A stretch of 64,000 bases of DNA from Podarcis vaucheri (GCA_965113315.1 OZ220368.1); one strand, 5' to 3'; positions 50,381 to 63,128 are shown, numbered from the stretch's first letter. Made by a program: numbers and translations. Notes: generated from the sequence alone by a model not told the origin.

Positions 50381-50758
50381 CACTAGAGAATGGCTATGGC
50401 CGAAGAGAGTATTAGCATGGGCATATATCCAGGTGTACATTTTAATATGTAATTTATATGCAAACCTTGCTGTTTCAAAGGATATATTTAGATATACCCC
50501 CAAAAAAGTTCTTCTCATTACTAAAGTGACGTATGAATTGAAATGGCTTTGCAATGTTTTTTTGTTTGTGTTATGTTATGTGAGGTAATGTTGAAGCATC
50601 CACAGTCCTGTTGTGTGCTATACCTGGTGGGGGTGGGGAGGAGGATGCCTTCATTTCCTTCTAAGGGAAACAATTCATTTAAATCTGGGCATGCAGTTAG
50701 AATGCATCTCTCTGTTCATAATCCAGTTTACTAACCTCTGTTCTAACCTGTTCACCAG

Positions 50759-50878
50759 CTGGTGGTGCAAAGCAGCCTATCTGGGATGTAAAAGCTTCAC
50801 CTAACAGTAACTGGGCAAACATCACCTGGAACCACACATTTGATCCTGAAACTGAGTTTGTGGTTGAGTATATCAACA
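50759..50878 (+). CDS. NFASC: Neurofascin exon, FN5 first part ([40 protein letters not shown])
   Basis: caccag| ... |gtaagc; 120 nt; resembles mammalian PNSKWANITWKHNF...FVVEYID. Confidence 0.93.
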
Positions 50879-52716
50879 GTAAGCATTGGGAGCTCGAGAA
50901 TTCTGCAGGGTCCTTAATGTCACCAGAGATTCTGTCATCTCTCAGAGGTTTAATGGACCTTTCATGCAATGTTCATTATAGTGTAACTAATTGTACTGCT
51001 TAATTTGTGCATGGAGGATTTTTTTTTGGGGGGGGGAACCAACGGCATGGCATTTAACTTGTCCTTCAGATTATATTGACACTGTGTTTTATGTTGCTGT
51101 TCTCTTAAACACAATAACTGCCGTCTCCTTTCAGTGGCGGATTCAGAATAACACATCCTAAAAAGGACCTGCTTTTTAAAAAACACAGCCCTAAGTGAAT
51201 CTGTGACGGCTGTAAGTGCCGTAGAAAGAAGCAGAAATAGATACAAAAATCTATAGATCCCCTCTATAGCAAATAATTTGGGGGTTAATAGTAATGATCA
51301 CATTTTGTTTTAGTTGGAGATTTATAATTAGTTATCTACATAAATTTTGCTTTCAAGCCATTCATACCTCACTCTACTTCCTGCTTACATGCTACCTGCA
51401 GTTTTTAAGTAGCTATGTGATGGTCAAAGAATTAAACATTGAATGTCAGCCATATAGCTTTGGGGGCAAGTTATATATGTGCCCTAGACCTGCTTTCCTT
51501 GGTTTTAGTTTGCTGGGCCAAGTCCTGTTCTAGGTGTTGGTTCCATAAAATTATCAATACAGTATTGTGTTTAGATTTTTAAATTAAGTAATCAAGAACT
51601 GACCCTTTAGGAATTTGCATCTAGCATGATTAAATAGTAAGCAGTCAATGTAACACCCATTGTGTGGATATGATTTGGAGGATTCCTGTGTATTCCACTC
51701 AGCTGGCTGCTGCATTGTCACAGAGTGGGAAAGGGAATCTTCTTTTCTTTGGGAAGCTTCTCATGCTTCCAGTTTTGTAGTACTTTGATAAATTAGGTTT
51801 GTCAAAACCAGCTGCTTAGATTTTCTTTAAAGGACTCCAGTGATTTCAATTCTCAGGCCTGGTGCTCTCATTAACCTAGCCATTGCTAGCAAAAGTATAT
51901 TTGTAGATTCATACACGTCTGTAACATTGCCGATTAGGGACTTCCATGCCTAATGATTTGCTAAGGTTAAGTTAACACAGCATCCAAGCACTTCCAAAAC
52001 TCCTGAAGTATTGGAATACCGTACTTGCAATTTCATAGGGTATCTACATTGGAGTTTGCAAACAGGGTTCTTTTTTATTCACTTTATGTTTGAATGCTTT
52101 TAGCAGCGTACTTTTAATATAATTTGACGTTGTGATCTGTGTGCATGCTCTTAATAAGAGTTTTCTACATCTTTTGCAAAATGTGTTGAGGTTAATTCAG
52201 AAAAGGCAGTTTGAATGCATCAGAAGCATGCTGCCAGAGAAAGAGTTGCTGTTGTTACTGATTCGGCACATCTGGCACTTGCGAGTTGCAAAAAGCCTAT
52301 GCCAGTCGCTTTCTGTTCCAAGTAAGAATTTCCCAGAGATGGCTGTACAAAGTCTTCCCTCTTTTTCTGCCCCCCCCTTTCTAGTTTTATGCAAAATCGC
52401 TGAACCAGTAATGTGATAAGCTTCCATCTGGTTGCTGGCTGCCTTACGATGCCAAAGCAGGTGCTCCGTTAGATTAAACGGAGTCTGGAAAATATAATTC
52501 TCCTACATACAAGTGGAGTGAGCTTCTGTAAACGAGCCCTTCAACTTTGAACTGATGGTGCCAGAAACTCTGGGTGTTCACTCTGTGTTAGTCAGTGGTG
52601 TCATCGGCAGGGACATGTGTTGAGTCAGTAGCTGGACCTGGCATTAGGGATGTTTGCCTACAGAGTAATCTGCATTTCTTGCTAGCTGCCTTTGATATGA
52701 AGTTTCTGTTTCTCAG

Positions 52717-52857
52717 GTAACAAAACAGTGAAATCTTCCCCTGCTAAAGGCTTTCTGGAGCTGGTTGACCTGACTCCTGGGGAGAAGTACATAGTGCGGG
52801 TTTTTCTCAAAGGGAATGATACTATCAGCTCGAACGTAACCTTTCAGACAAGTCCAG
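52717..52857 (+). CDS. NFASC: Neurofascin exon, FN5 second part (SNKTVKSSPAKGFLELVDLTPGEKYIVRVFLKGNDTISSNVTFQTSP)
   Basis: tctcag| ... |gtgaga; 141 nt; FN3-fold L.PG..Y.VRV motif. Confidence 0.9.
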
Positions 52858-54659
52858 GTGAGATGGGGTTCAGCCCCACAATGTGCTGCATTTTGGAGGC
52901 ACATTCCATTCCAAGCCTTACTGCCTTTGCGTGCTGCTGCTTCAGATGGAGGAATTATGCCATGCATGGAGAAAATGTCATCCATCTCTTCACTGACGAT
53001 GTGCACTCTGCCCTTATTATACAAGTACCAAAGTGAAATGTATCCTCTCTTAATGAGGTTCTTTAGACTGTGTTCTGCTAAAACAAACAAAGGAAAAAAA
53101 TATTGGCATAACTTTTCTTTTAATGAAACAAGCTTGGTTTTGGAAGATATCTATAAAAAGGGCAGAGACCTATGGTTTTCCATCTAGACTTAATAATAAA
53201 CACTATTGTTAAGGAATATGCTACAGGCTACGTGTTGCTATCTGCGCATTCATGTTTCCCTTTGTGTGCGTGTGCACTGCTCATTACCATGCTGCCAGCT
53301 GTTGCATGAGCACATGCGAATTTCTGATTGGCTTTATGTCTGGGTATTCATGAAAAAGATTTTAGTTATTATAATGTGGTCGATTTGTCTGCAAGACATC
53401 CACAGAGCTATGTGGCATACTCATAATTTCAAATGAAGTCACAATCTGAGAATTGTAGCAATTTACCTTTACAGAATATTGCCTTATATCCTATTTGTGT
53501 GTCTCAAAAGTGCCTTGTATAGGTTGCTTCTATGTTGCCCCTCTGTTTTATGAAGAATTCAAATGAATATCATTAGGTCAATGTATTCCAGTAACTTTTT
53601 TCTGTTTCCCAAGGGTTTTTTCAGTTGGGGGAGTGGCAATAAAAACACAATTGGATTGCCAGCCTGTCTAATGTAGACAATTGCTTTTGACATCTTTCAG
53701 GGCTACTTCATCTTTACCCGAAGCTTCCTGTTTTCTATTTCACTATTTTTAAAAATGAAAGGAAGCTTACAGATGAGGAAATTAAGGGGCAAGTCACTAA
53801 TCCTTCAGCACCACTGAATATGAAGCAATAAAATGGCTACAACCCCAAGCAGGAAGCTTTTAATTATCATTGAAAAGAGGCTTTGCTGAACAGGACTTGC
53901 CTGTGAATAAACATAATGGATATTGACCATGGTAAAAGACATTCCTGGATGGCATAACACAATGTTAAATACTGTGTGGAATCTCCTTTTAGATCTATTT
54001 CCAGTACTGCCTGGTAGTGCTATAGGGCTGCAGCATGGAACCAGTCAGACTTTAGTAGATATTAGTTTATGCATTCACATTTCTGACCTCTGCTTTCAGA
54101 ATTTTAGGTAGCTGTCAAACAATCAGCTTCAGCCATAGTGCAGCTTAATCAAACATAATCATATCCCAGGTTTCCTCCTGTGTCCATAATAAAAGCTCCT
54201 TTTGTCAATGCAGGTAATTAGAAAAGTAGTTTCCATGTGAGAAATAGCTGAAATGTATGCTGAGTGGAAAGAATCGGAATCTCATTCTGTAGAAAGCTTT
54301 AAGCAATGTGTCAAAAGCTGTAAGCAAAATGTCCACACAATTTAAATAAGGTTTCTCTTTTCACTCTAAAATGATAAAGTTTATAGTGACATATAGACAA
54401 ATGGTGGAAAGAAATTGCTAACCTAGTCTGAGCATGTGTGAAAACAAATGAAAAATGCCATATTTTAAAATCTACCATGGATAACTAACCAGTGGCCCAC
54501 AGTTCCTATACATCCCCCAAGCAATTTCTGCCTGCCCGCCCCAGCCCCTCAACAACTTGGTTGTTCTGTCAGAAACAATTAACTTTTGCAACACTGCTGA
54601 CCTTCACAGTTGCACTGGTGTGAGTGGAGAGGTTCTCATCCTGCTTCCCAGGTGTTCAG

Positions 54660-54790
54660 CCAGATGCTACTGGAAAGCTCACAAGCAGGACATGAAGGCA
54701 ATAGCCTTCTCCAACTGTTGATCTCCAGAAACTGGTACACTGAGGCATGGTGCCCCTGAAAATGCAGCTTCTGTATAGCCATCATGACGG
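54660..54790 (-). mobile_element. CR1-like LINE fragment
   Basis: GGAAAGCTCACAAGCAGGACATGAAGGCAATAGCC...TATAGCCATCATGAC resembles a squamate CR1 3' region. Confidence 0.5.
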
Positions 54791-57700
54791 TTAGTAGCTT
54801 TTACATAAATGCTTGAGCAACAGTTCCTTTGCTGCATTTGTAATTATTTGCTCAGATGGCATACAGTTTTAGCAGTCCAGCAACTGCAGGAGTACATCCT
54901 TCCTGCTAATGGACTGAACCAGAAAGAACCATCTGTTTGATCTTGGGGAACTTTATTTTGTCTGCAATCCAGTATCAGTTTGTACATAGTTACGTATGTG
55001 TGTAGAGAGTGAGATCATCTTCTGTGTTGCAGATGAAATGCCTCCCAGCTGAGGATGGATATGTTGAAAATGTAACCGTAACATAGTTCATTAGTGGTGC
55101 TATCTCACTGAAATTTGGTGGTGTTTTCCCCAGGAAACTGGATATTGAGAGCGGTGCTTCAGATGAACCTTGATTTACATAGAATGTGTTGTGGTTTACA
55201 AATAAGAATCCAAAATGCAGCATATATTAGGCTAAATATTTTAGTTTATTTTGGCTTGGCAAACCACCTAGCTACATCAACCAAAAAAATTACAAGGGAA
55301 TAACACAATTCTTGCTCCTTGCCGTAATTGGGTAAATTGGATCAGTGCTGATAGATTTGCTTTTTGTTGTATGTTTGTGTGTGTTCCATATGCATTTTGT
55401 GCATTAAAAGAGTACTTTTTCTGTATCTCAAGATACAGTAATGGAAGATTTCCAAGATCTATGCTTTTTTCCTCTGATGCATCCCAGGTGACTGCCAAAG
55501 ATACACTATTTTAGTGACCTCCCTTGCTTTCTTTTAGTGCCTCTTGTATTTTCATTCCTTTTCTCTTCCAGGCTGGCTGCTTCTGATGTGATAGATCAGA
55601 GCTTACTATCATGTTCCATCATTAATACCTGTGAGACGAAAGCGCTGTCCTTTTTCTTTAGGTTATTTTGAAAGTCACTCTTCAGGAGACAGCAGCTTAT
55701 TTTTCTAAGTAGAAATTGCACTAGCCAAGTAGCCCCACAGCTGCAGTTTTACTACATTATTTCTTTTGCTCAGTTTTGGTTAATTAGAACAATACTTTGC
55801 CGTGCAGTGAGTGATATTTAATGTTACACAAATATACCTGGATGGAAAAATAATATTAACCTCCACTGCCCTGTTAAAAATACAGTAAGTATGCATGTAA
55901 AATGTCCTAAGGGTGTGGCGCTATCTTGACAACCTATTATATCCAAAATGCAATTCATCACTGATGTCGCTCTACAGGTGGGGCCCAGAAGGAGGCCAGC
56001 AAGGCCAATCCATAAAAATCGCAGCCAACTGCAAAGTAGGTGTGGATTCCTGTTATGTGCCAAGGACTTGGGGCCTAAGCCACATTCACCTGGCACCACC
56101 TTGAGTACAATGAAGTTACATTCAATATTGGGAATGTACATTTAGGCCTGTCTTCTATTTTTTTGACACTCAAGGAGGAACACAGGGGTTGCTTTAAAGC
56201 CTTTGCAAAGCTCCCCATGCTCACCCTAACATCCGGAATTAGGGGTTTAAATGGGGAGTAGAAGGAGAGTTGCAAAGCTGCCTAAGGGATTTTTAAAGGT
56301 GCATGGCCACGCCCACCTGTCGATCATGTGACATCATATTTATGTCATTTAATTGGCAGATGGTGTCACCCACCTGTCAAATTTGGCCCATGAGACCGGT
56401 CCTGATAAGGATCTGGCCCACTGAGCTAAAGAAAGGTTCCCTGCTCTGTCCTATGGCATCCTCTTTTGGTCTCTGTCACACTTCCCCCTAAAAGCCAAAG
56501 CAAGGCTGCATCAAGTTTAGAAACTGTTGCCTCATGCCAATGGCTATAAGAGATCAGGTGAAAGCGTTTTGGCTTTGCAAAACAGGATCAGGCTGTTTGC
56601 AAATGAAATGTATGCTTAAGAAGGACAGAACAACTACATTTGATGCGTGCCGTTGTATCATTTTGACATTGCCTATTTGATTTGGACAGGGTTCTGTGAA
56701 TATGTTGGAGGATTTTTTTATCATTATTGTATCAAAAGTATACTTGTATATTATACTTTCCCCCCTTTCATTCTGTATATCGTGCGATCTGATAGTTGCC
56801 TTTCCTATCTTCCTTCTATTCTATTGAAAGCTTTTATATGTTAGCATCGTTAATTGAATCACCATTTGTTCCAAAAGCCTCCAGTATAATTCTATTCCCT
56901 CTTTGTCAACCCTGTAGTTTCATTTAGCCTAATGCAATTCTGAAGTCCATGCAATTAGTGTCTTGCTCCTTCCATTAGAATAGCTTCAAAGTGGACTTTT
57001 TCCCCACAGTAGTGCTTTTAACAGGAAAAGGGAATGCATGGTAAATCAGCTGCCAGTAGTGAACAGGGAGAATGTCAAAGCACAAAGGCCAATGGGGCAC
57101 CTGGCACTTTTGAGTCAATTAAAATTGCTCATACCTTTTGAAAAAACATCATAATGATGTAGTGGTAGATTCCTCAAATGATATGAACGTAACAGGAAAT
57201 CAGTATTTGCCCCTGAGAATAGGCCTTTCAAACATTTTGAGTTTGGGTTTCCTGTTAAAACTTGTCCAACAATAGCTTTTGCTTTAAAGGCTCAAAAACT
57301 CACATGAAGGTTAAAAGTACTAGGGAATGTTCTGGAAGTTTTGCACAGGACGGTCAAAGGTTCAGCCTTGGAACATGACAGTTAAGGAAAAAAACCAGAA
57401 ACTTTAAGCAGGAGTCTACAGTACACTTCTAATGATGGGCTAAGAGGTTGGGAGGGAAGTAAAAACATTGTGTGTAAGTCAAGCTGGAAAGTAGTGTAAT
57501 TAAAAAGCTGTGGTGAGAGACACTTGAAGAAATCAAGGTAAAAAGCAAAAAAGGCATTAAGGTTTTCTAAGGGAGCTGGAACACTGGCGATTGTTAAGAT
57601 AGCACATCATGACAGACGAAAGATGCTGGAAGATGACTACAAAGAACCTAGAGGCTGCACTGAGGGAGGCAAATTGAGAAGTACTGACATTGTTAGGCAG

Positions 57701-59193
57701 AGTAGTTGGATGTGTTTGTTTTTCTTTCAGAGGATGAAAGGGCCAAGGTGGGGCAGCTTAGACCTTCCATTTTCCATGGATTCCAAGGACAGCCAGCTAC
57801 CACTTCTGGGCGTCTTCCTTGTTCCTTTTTACTTCATGCCACTGCTCTGGATCTCAAGGCCAGCTGGCACTTCTGGGCGCCTTCCTCACCCCTGCGTTGC
57901 TCTTGATGCTAAACGGTGGTGGAAACAGCAGTGGGTTTTGAGGCTGGCCAGGGAGGAGGAAGGCAGCTAGCACAGGGCTAGCTGGCTTGGGGATCTGGAT
58001 CCTAGGGGCAAAGTCCCTGAGACTGGCAAGCAGAGGAGTCAGTGGAGGGGGCGGTGCAAGGCTGCAGCCTGTTCTGCCTGCCCTTCTATGGCTTGCCTGG
58101 ACTTCCCATCCACTGCTTCTCATCATAATTTTTTTTTGCAGTGCTCCCTATCTGTGGCCAAGCAAACTACAGCACAACAACACTTTTACCTTATTATATG
58201 TAAGAAAGATGGCTCCGGGGCCTAAATGTTCATGGGCCATGGTATTGTGTGAGTTTGGGACTCTGACTCAGAACCCCCAAAGATCCTGACACCAAATGCA
58301 CATTTTTTATAATTCATTCCCATCTTTGAACACAACCTGATTCTGATTTTAGGGGGGCTAGGGAACCAAAATAACTTATATTCACTTATTTGGGTGGAAT
58401 TAAAAGAGAGGGTATCCTCTAATACCTTTGCATGTCCTCCTGTGATCAAACTTTTGTTGTAAGTAAGTACTGCGGAATTGAGCGCTTAATGTGAGAAGAC
58501 CCAGAGAGAGTCTGAGAAAGGTCTGTTGGCTACGTATATAGAGTGTATCTTCATTATACTGTTGGCAGAACTTCAACTCTGCGTGGCTATGATAATCTTC
58601 CATTAGTGCTATTCAGGATATTTTTAATTTATTGTCAATAACTTGAAAGCTGCTTATACATGTTACTTCCTACTGGTGTTCTGATAAAGCCATTAGGTTA
58701 TGGTTTAATAGCGTAATTCCAGTTTGATTCACAAGGAGGAAAAATTACCATTGATTTTAAAGTCATGAAGCCAGCCATTAAACCCTTTCACAGTTTCTCT
58801 GAGTGAATCATTCCTATAATGAAGTGTGCATACAGTCTTGATGAGCTCTGCTTTTTTGCGGAGTTTGAAATGCACAAGTTTTTACATTAGGTACTCTCAA
58901 ATGTCTATGTTTTAGTGATCCAGAGGGAACTTGGCCCAAGAAAAGAAAGTGCTATATAAGCTAGGAATTGACTTCAATTGCTGCTCATTTAAGACTTGAC
59001 TCTGTTTCACTTTTCATATGTCACTAATAACACTTACTTAAAATCCAACAGAGTACTGGGTTGTGTGCAATATTATAATAATTAGGTCAGTTAGATGTGT
59101 ATGTTTTCCTTTTTCGCAAAATAATTTACCAGTAGAAGAAATATACTACCATCATAGTTGGTAAGTCACATAAGCTTCCAGCTTTGGGTGGTA

Positions 59194-59590
59194 CAGTGGT
59201 GCCCCGCAAGACGAATGCCTCGCAAGACGGAAAACCCACTAGACGAAAGGGTTTTCCGTTTTGGAGGTGCTTCGCAAAACGAATTTCCTATGGGCTTGCT
59301 TCACAAGACGAAAATGTCTTGCGAGTTCCTGCGGGGTTTTTTTCCTCCCCCCCCTTTCCCAAGCCGCTAAGCCGCTTATCAGCTGATCCTAAGCCGCTAA
59401 GCCGCTTAACAGCTGATCCGCTAAGCCGCTTATCAGCTGATCCCCTAAGCTGCTTAACAGCTGATCTGCTAAGCCTCTTATCAGCTGATCCGCTAAGCCG
59501 CTAATAGCGCTAAGCCACTAATGGGCTTGCTTCGCAAGACGAAAAAACCGCAAGACGAAGAGACTCGCTTCGTCTTGCGAGGCACCACTG
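59194..59590. mobile_element. Young Tc1/mariner-superfamily (Tigger-like) MITE with internal 24-bp minisatellite
   Basis: TA|CAGTGGTGCCCCGCAAGACGAA ... TTCGTCTTGCGAGGCACCACTG|TA; internal repeats of CCGCTAAGCCGCTTATCAGCTGAT. Confidence 0.92.
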
Positions 59591-60461
59591 TATTCAACTA
59601 AGTCTTACTCAGAGTAAACTCATTGAAATTAATGAGCATGACTTAGGGCTCATCCCATGATTTCTTCCATTTGTCCCATGCTTTCTAATCAGGGCTCTGA
59701 GAGGGTTTTTTTGTTTTTTTTTTGTTTTTTTTTGTCCTGCCACTTTCCCTGGGAAAACTTTGTGATGTTTTGCAAAAACACATCATGCTATAAACCATTA
59801 CTTAATGCATTGTACACAAGCTGGGACAAGCCTGGGCAAGCCTCAGTCTCTCATGTTCTCTGTGGTTTTCAGGACGTTGAATAATGTGTTAGGAAGCCTT
59901 TTGTACTTGTTTGTTCTAGCTATGTACCAGATAAATATGAATCCTTGGTTGTTCCTTGGAGAACTTTGCATCCTCTTTTGAGGTACCGGTACCACCTACA
60001 ATATTTCCCATTACCATGAATCAAATCTGTTACCCAACTTCTTCTGCTCCCCCCACCCATTTTATATAACCCTCCTTTGTTAAGCAATACCATATATTTA
60101 TTTCTCTGCCCAAGTCTCCTGTACCCACCTGTGTTATCCTTTGCCTTCACTGCTACCCTTGGATCTGAATTGTCACTGTTAGAACTTGGGCTGTGATGTG
60201 TTTGGAAAAATAGAAAGGCCCGATATGATGTCTCAAATCTGAAAAATCCCCACACACAGAGAAAGATAATGACCTGGTTTGTACATATTAAACCATAGTT
60301 AAAATTAAGTGCTTTATGTGAATGAGCAGTGTGCTGGAGCATGCTGCTCAAAAGTCCCTATTGCACTCTTCCTTTGGTGTGTCAAGGAGGAAACAAACCA
60401 GAGGCTGCCTTTGTCTTCTATGTGAACCAGTGCTTATGGTTTGTTTCCCCAAAGAAACCAT

Positions 60462-60784
60462 GGCTGCAGTCACATGACAGTTTATTCCATTTTCTCAGTA
60501 TCTCCCTAACTTATCATTTCCACATTATATTTGAGCTTTCATGTTACATAAAAGCCACTTCCACAAATATATCAGAATATAGCACAACTTTAGCACTCAT
60601 TTCTATGTTGTTTGTTTACAAAAAAAAAATCATTTGCAAATAACGTGAAAATAAGCACTAAACTTGCACTATATTCTAGTGTATTTCTGGAAGTAGCTTT
60701 TATGTGGTGTAAAAGCTCAAAAGTGATGTGGAAATAAACAGTTAGGAAAACGGGAACAGAATAAACTGCAATGTGAATGCAGCC
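60462..60784. mobile_element. About 320-bp foldback element (old MITE, possibly PIF/Harbinger-like)
   Basis: Two arms of about 150 bp are imperfect reverse complements, ending GGCTGCAGTCACAT / ATGTGAATGCAGCC. Confidence 0.8.
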
Positions 60785-60785
60785 C

Positions 60786-61022
60786 ATGAGCAGAACCAGG
60801 CAGGGGGCCTTCTTGGTAGTGGCGCCCGCCCTGTGGAACACCCTCCCATCAGAGGTCAAGGAAATAAACAACTACGTGACTTTTAGAAAACATCTGAAGG
60901 CAGCCCTGTTTAGGGAAGTTTTTAGTTTTATTCTGTTTTTAGTCCTCTGTTGGGAGCCGCCCAGAGTGGCTGGGGAAACCCAACCAGATGGGTGGGGTAT
61001 AAATATTATCATTATTATTATT
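60786..61022 (+). mobile_element. L2 LINE 3' end
   Basis: Encodes TRQGAFLVVAPALWNTLPSEVKE...FRKHLKAALF (L2 ORF2 C-terminus) followed by the GCCGCCCAGAG...GGGGTATAAAT(ATT)n tail. Confidence 0.85.
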
Positions 61023-61400
61023 AAGCAAAGATCAAACCTTAGCTTCCATACTTGGTTTGGAGAGAAACAAATCACAACTGCTGGTTCGCATATAATATAC
61101 AAAACCACCCTTTGATTTGCTTCCTCCCCAGTCACAACAGGCACTTTAGAGCAGCATGTACTAGAATACTGCTCTTTTACATTAACCATAATTCTATTTT
61201 AACTGTGGTTTCATGTGGCAACCAAAGCAGGCCAATTTGGGAAGACCGACATTGAGAGACACCAGTCCTCAAATGTGAAGCTTGGGAATGGGTGGGACAG
61301 GAAGCATCTAATAGCTTTTGCTTGCTATTTTCATTTTTCAGCACTATGTGGATCAATTGTATTTCTTCTTAACGTTTTTTCTTTCAACTTCTCCTACTAG

Positions 61401-61532
61401 CCTATAACAAGAACCAAGGGGACATTGCAACTCAGGGCTGGTTTATTGGACTGATGTGTGCCATCGCTCTCCTGGTCCTGATTTTGCTGATAGTTTGCTT
61501 CATTAAGAGAAGCAGAGGAGGGAAATATCCAG
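61401..61532 (+). CDS. NFASC: Neurofascin transmembrane exon ([44 protein letters not shown])
   Basis: ctactag| ... |gtaaga; 132 nt; TM and juxtamembrane KRSRGGKY match mammalian NFASC. Confidence 0.98.
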
Positions 61533-61624
61533 GTAAGAGAAATAGCTATCAACTGGTGTAGCATTGTTGTTGGGTTTGAAGTATTCATTCCCAAATCTAG
61601 ATAGATGGTCTGATCTTAATCATC

Positions 61625-61759
61625 CAGTGCTTTTTTCTGCCGGAACTCATTGGAACTCAGTTCTGGCATCTCTCATGTGGGTGCCATTGCCATTATAACA
61701 GAACAAGGGAGATGTTCATGGTGAGTTCTAGTACCTCTTTTTCTAGAAAAACAGCACTG
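61625..61759. mobile_element. Short hAT-like MITE
   Basis: CAGTGCTTTTTTCT ... AGAAAAACAGCACTG termini. Confidence 0.6.
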
Positions 61760-63080
61760 ATCATAGACTTCCCACTCGAAGGATTTAGTCCTACCATTTT
61801 TTAGCAGCTGTGGCACTGAAAAGAATTAAAGGCAATCCAAGAGGACTTCCAGCTATGTAGGAGGTGAGGCATCATCCCATGACTTTTGTTGGGATTTGAC
61901 CTCACTACAATAAGTGTCTTCTGTATTTGCAAAAGGACTTTCTCCAGAACCTGCTTGGACTGCATACTATGGTTGTGCGGTGACCACTGTGTTCTCTCCC
62001 AAGATCTGGTAAGGTCTCGTGTGCAAGAAGGGTTTGTGCTAGACCCTTAAGTACACATAAGGATTGTGGCAGGCGGCTTCTAACATCAAGCTCCAGTGCA
62101 TGACAAGAATGACAAGCCAGTTATACAGAAACAATTATCTGTTTCCTTAGTCCAAAAGGAAATAATGCCCTACCTAAAATACATAGCATGGTATTTGTTT
62201 ATTATGGCAAGGTCCAAAAGAGACATAACATGGGGCATCCGTGACCAGTTTCCTTAAAAGAAAGAGAAAAACCATATTATTTATGGGCAGATATGCAAGA
62301 GGGTTTTTTATTGGGGAGCTGCATTAGGACAGGGAGTTCTTAATCTTTTCTTCCTGCACGGTTTTCTATATCACAATTGCACTGACCCCTGACCCCCAAC
62401 CCACCTGAACTATTAACCATAGGGGGGGGGGGGGAGAAGTACCATACAGATTTTGACTGTGCTGTCTCTGGAGGTGAGAGGCAATCACATAATAGGATAT
62501 AAGTCCCTTCCCCCCTTTTTTTATTTGCTGGAAGAGGTATTTGAAATGTACTCACATTTTTCAGCTAATAGATATACTTGTGTTTCTTTCACTTGTCCCA
62601 CTGTCCCTTGCAAAAACTATTTACTTTTTCACGGGTCTCTTCAAGCATAAAGGAGGGGTGGTAATTTAAGAATACATTCACCAGTAGAAAGGGTCTATGT
62701 GATATTGGGCTGAAGTAAACTGGTTGCTTTTAATTTATTTCAAAGATGTCTTAACCACTGTTCCTCAAAAAGATTCCAAGGTGCTGTACGAAAGTGTGAA
62801 TAGAATTCATTCACACAACGTATAAATACAATTTAAAACCAACAAATAAGTTTGATAAGACGCAAGAAGAGAGAACAAAAACTCAAGAAGCTAAAAGCAA
62901 GAATAGAATACAGTTCCAAAAGCCATCCACACAATCCAAAATGTCTTGGCATAAATAGAAAGGTTCTCATATGGCACTGAAAAGCTTGCCATGTTGGCTT
63001 GTAATCCAAGTTGTCTGGTGTATCTGGCCACTGTATTTAGGGAGCAATCCCACATTCTAGTCAATTAAGGGCAAACCAGA

Positions 63081-63128
63081 ATGTGTGTGTGTGTGTGCGC
63101 GCGCGTGTACACATACACACATGCACAC
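63081..63128. repeat. Alternating purine-pyrimidine tract (TG)n(CG)n(CA)n
   Basis: ATGTGTGTGTGTGTGTGCGCGCGCGTGTACACATACACACATGCACAC. Confidence 0.9.

Noticed and set aside
59360-59520. Array of 24-nt repeats as a CRISPR-like array
   Set aside because: No unique spacers, no cas genes, and it sits inside a vertebrate MITE.
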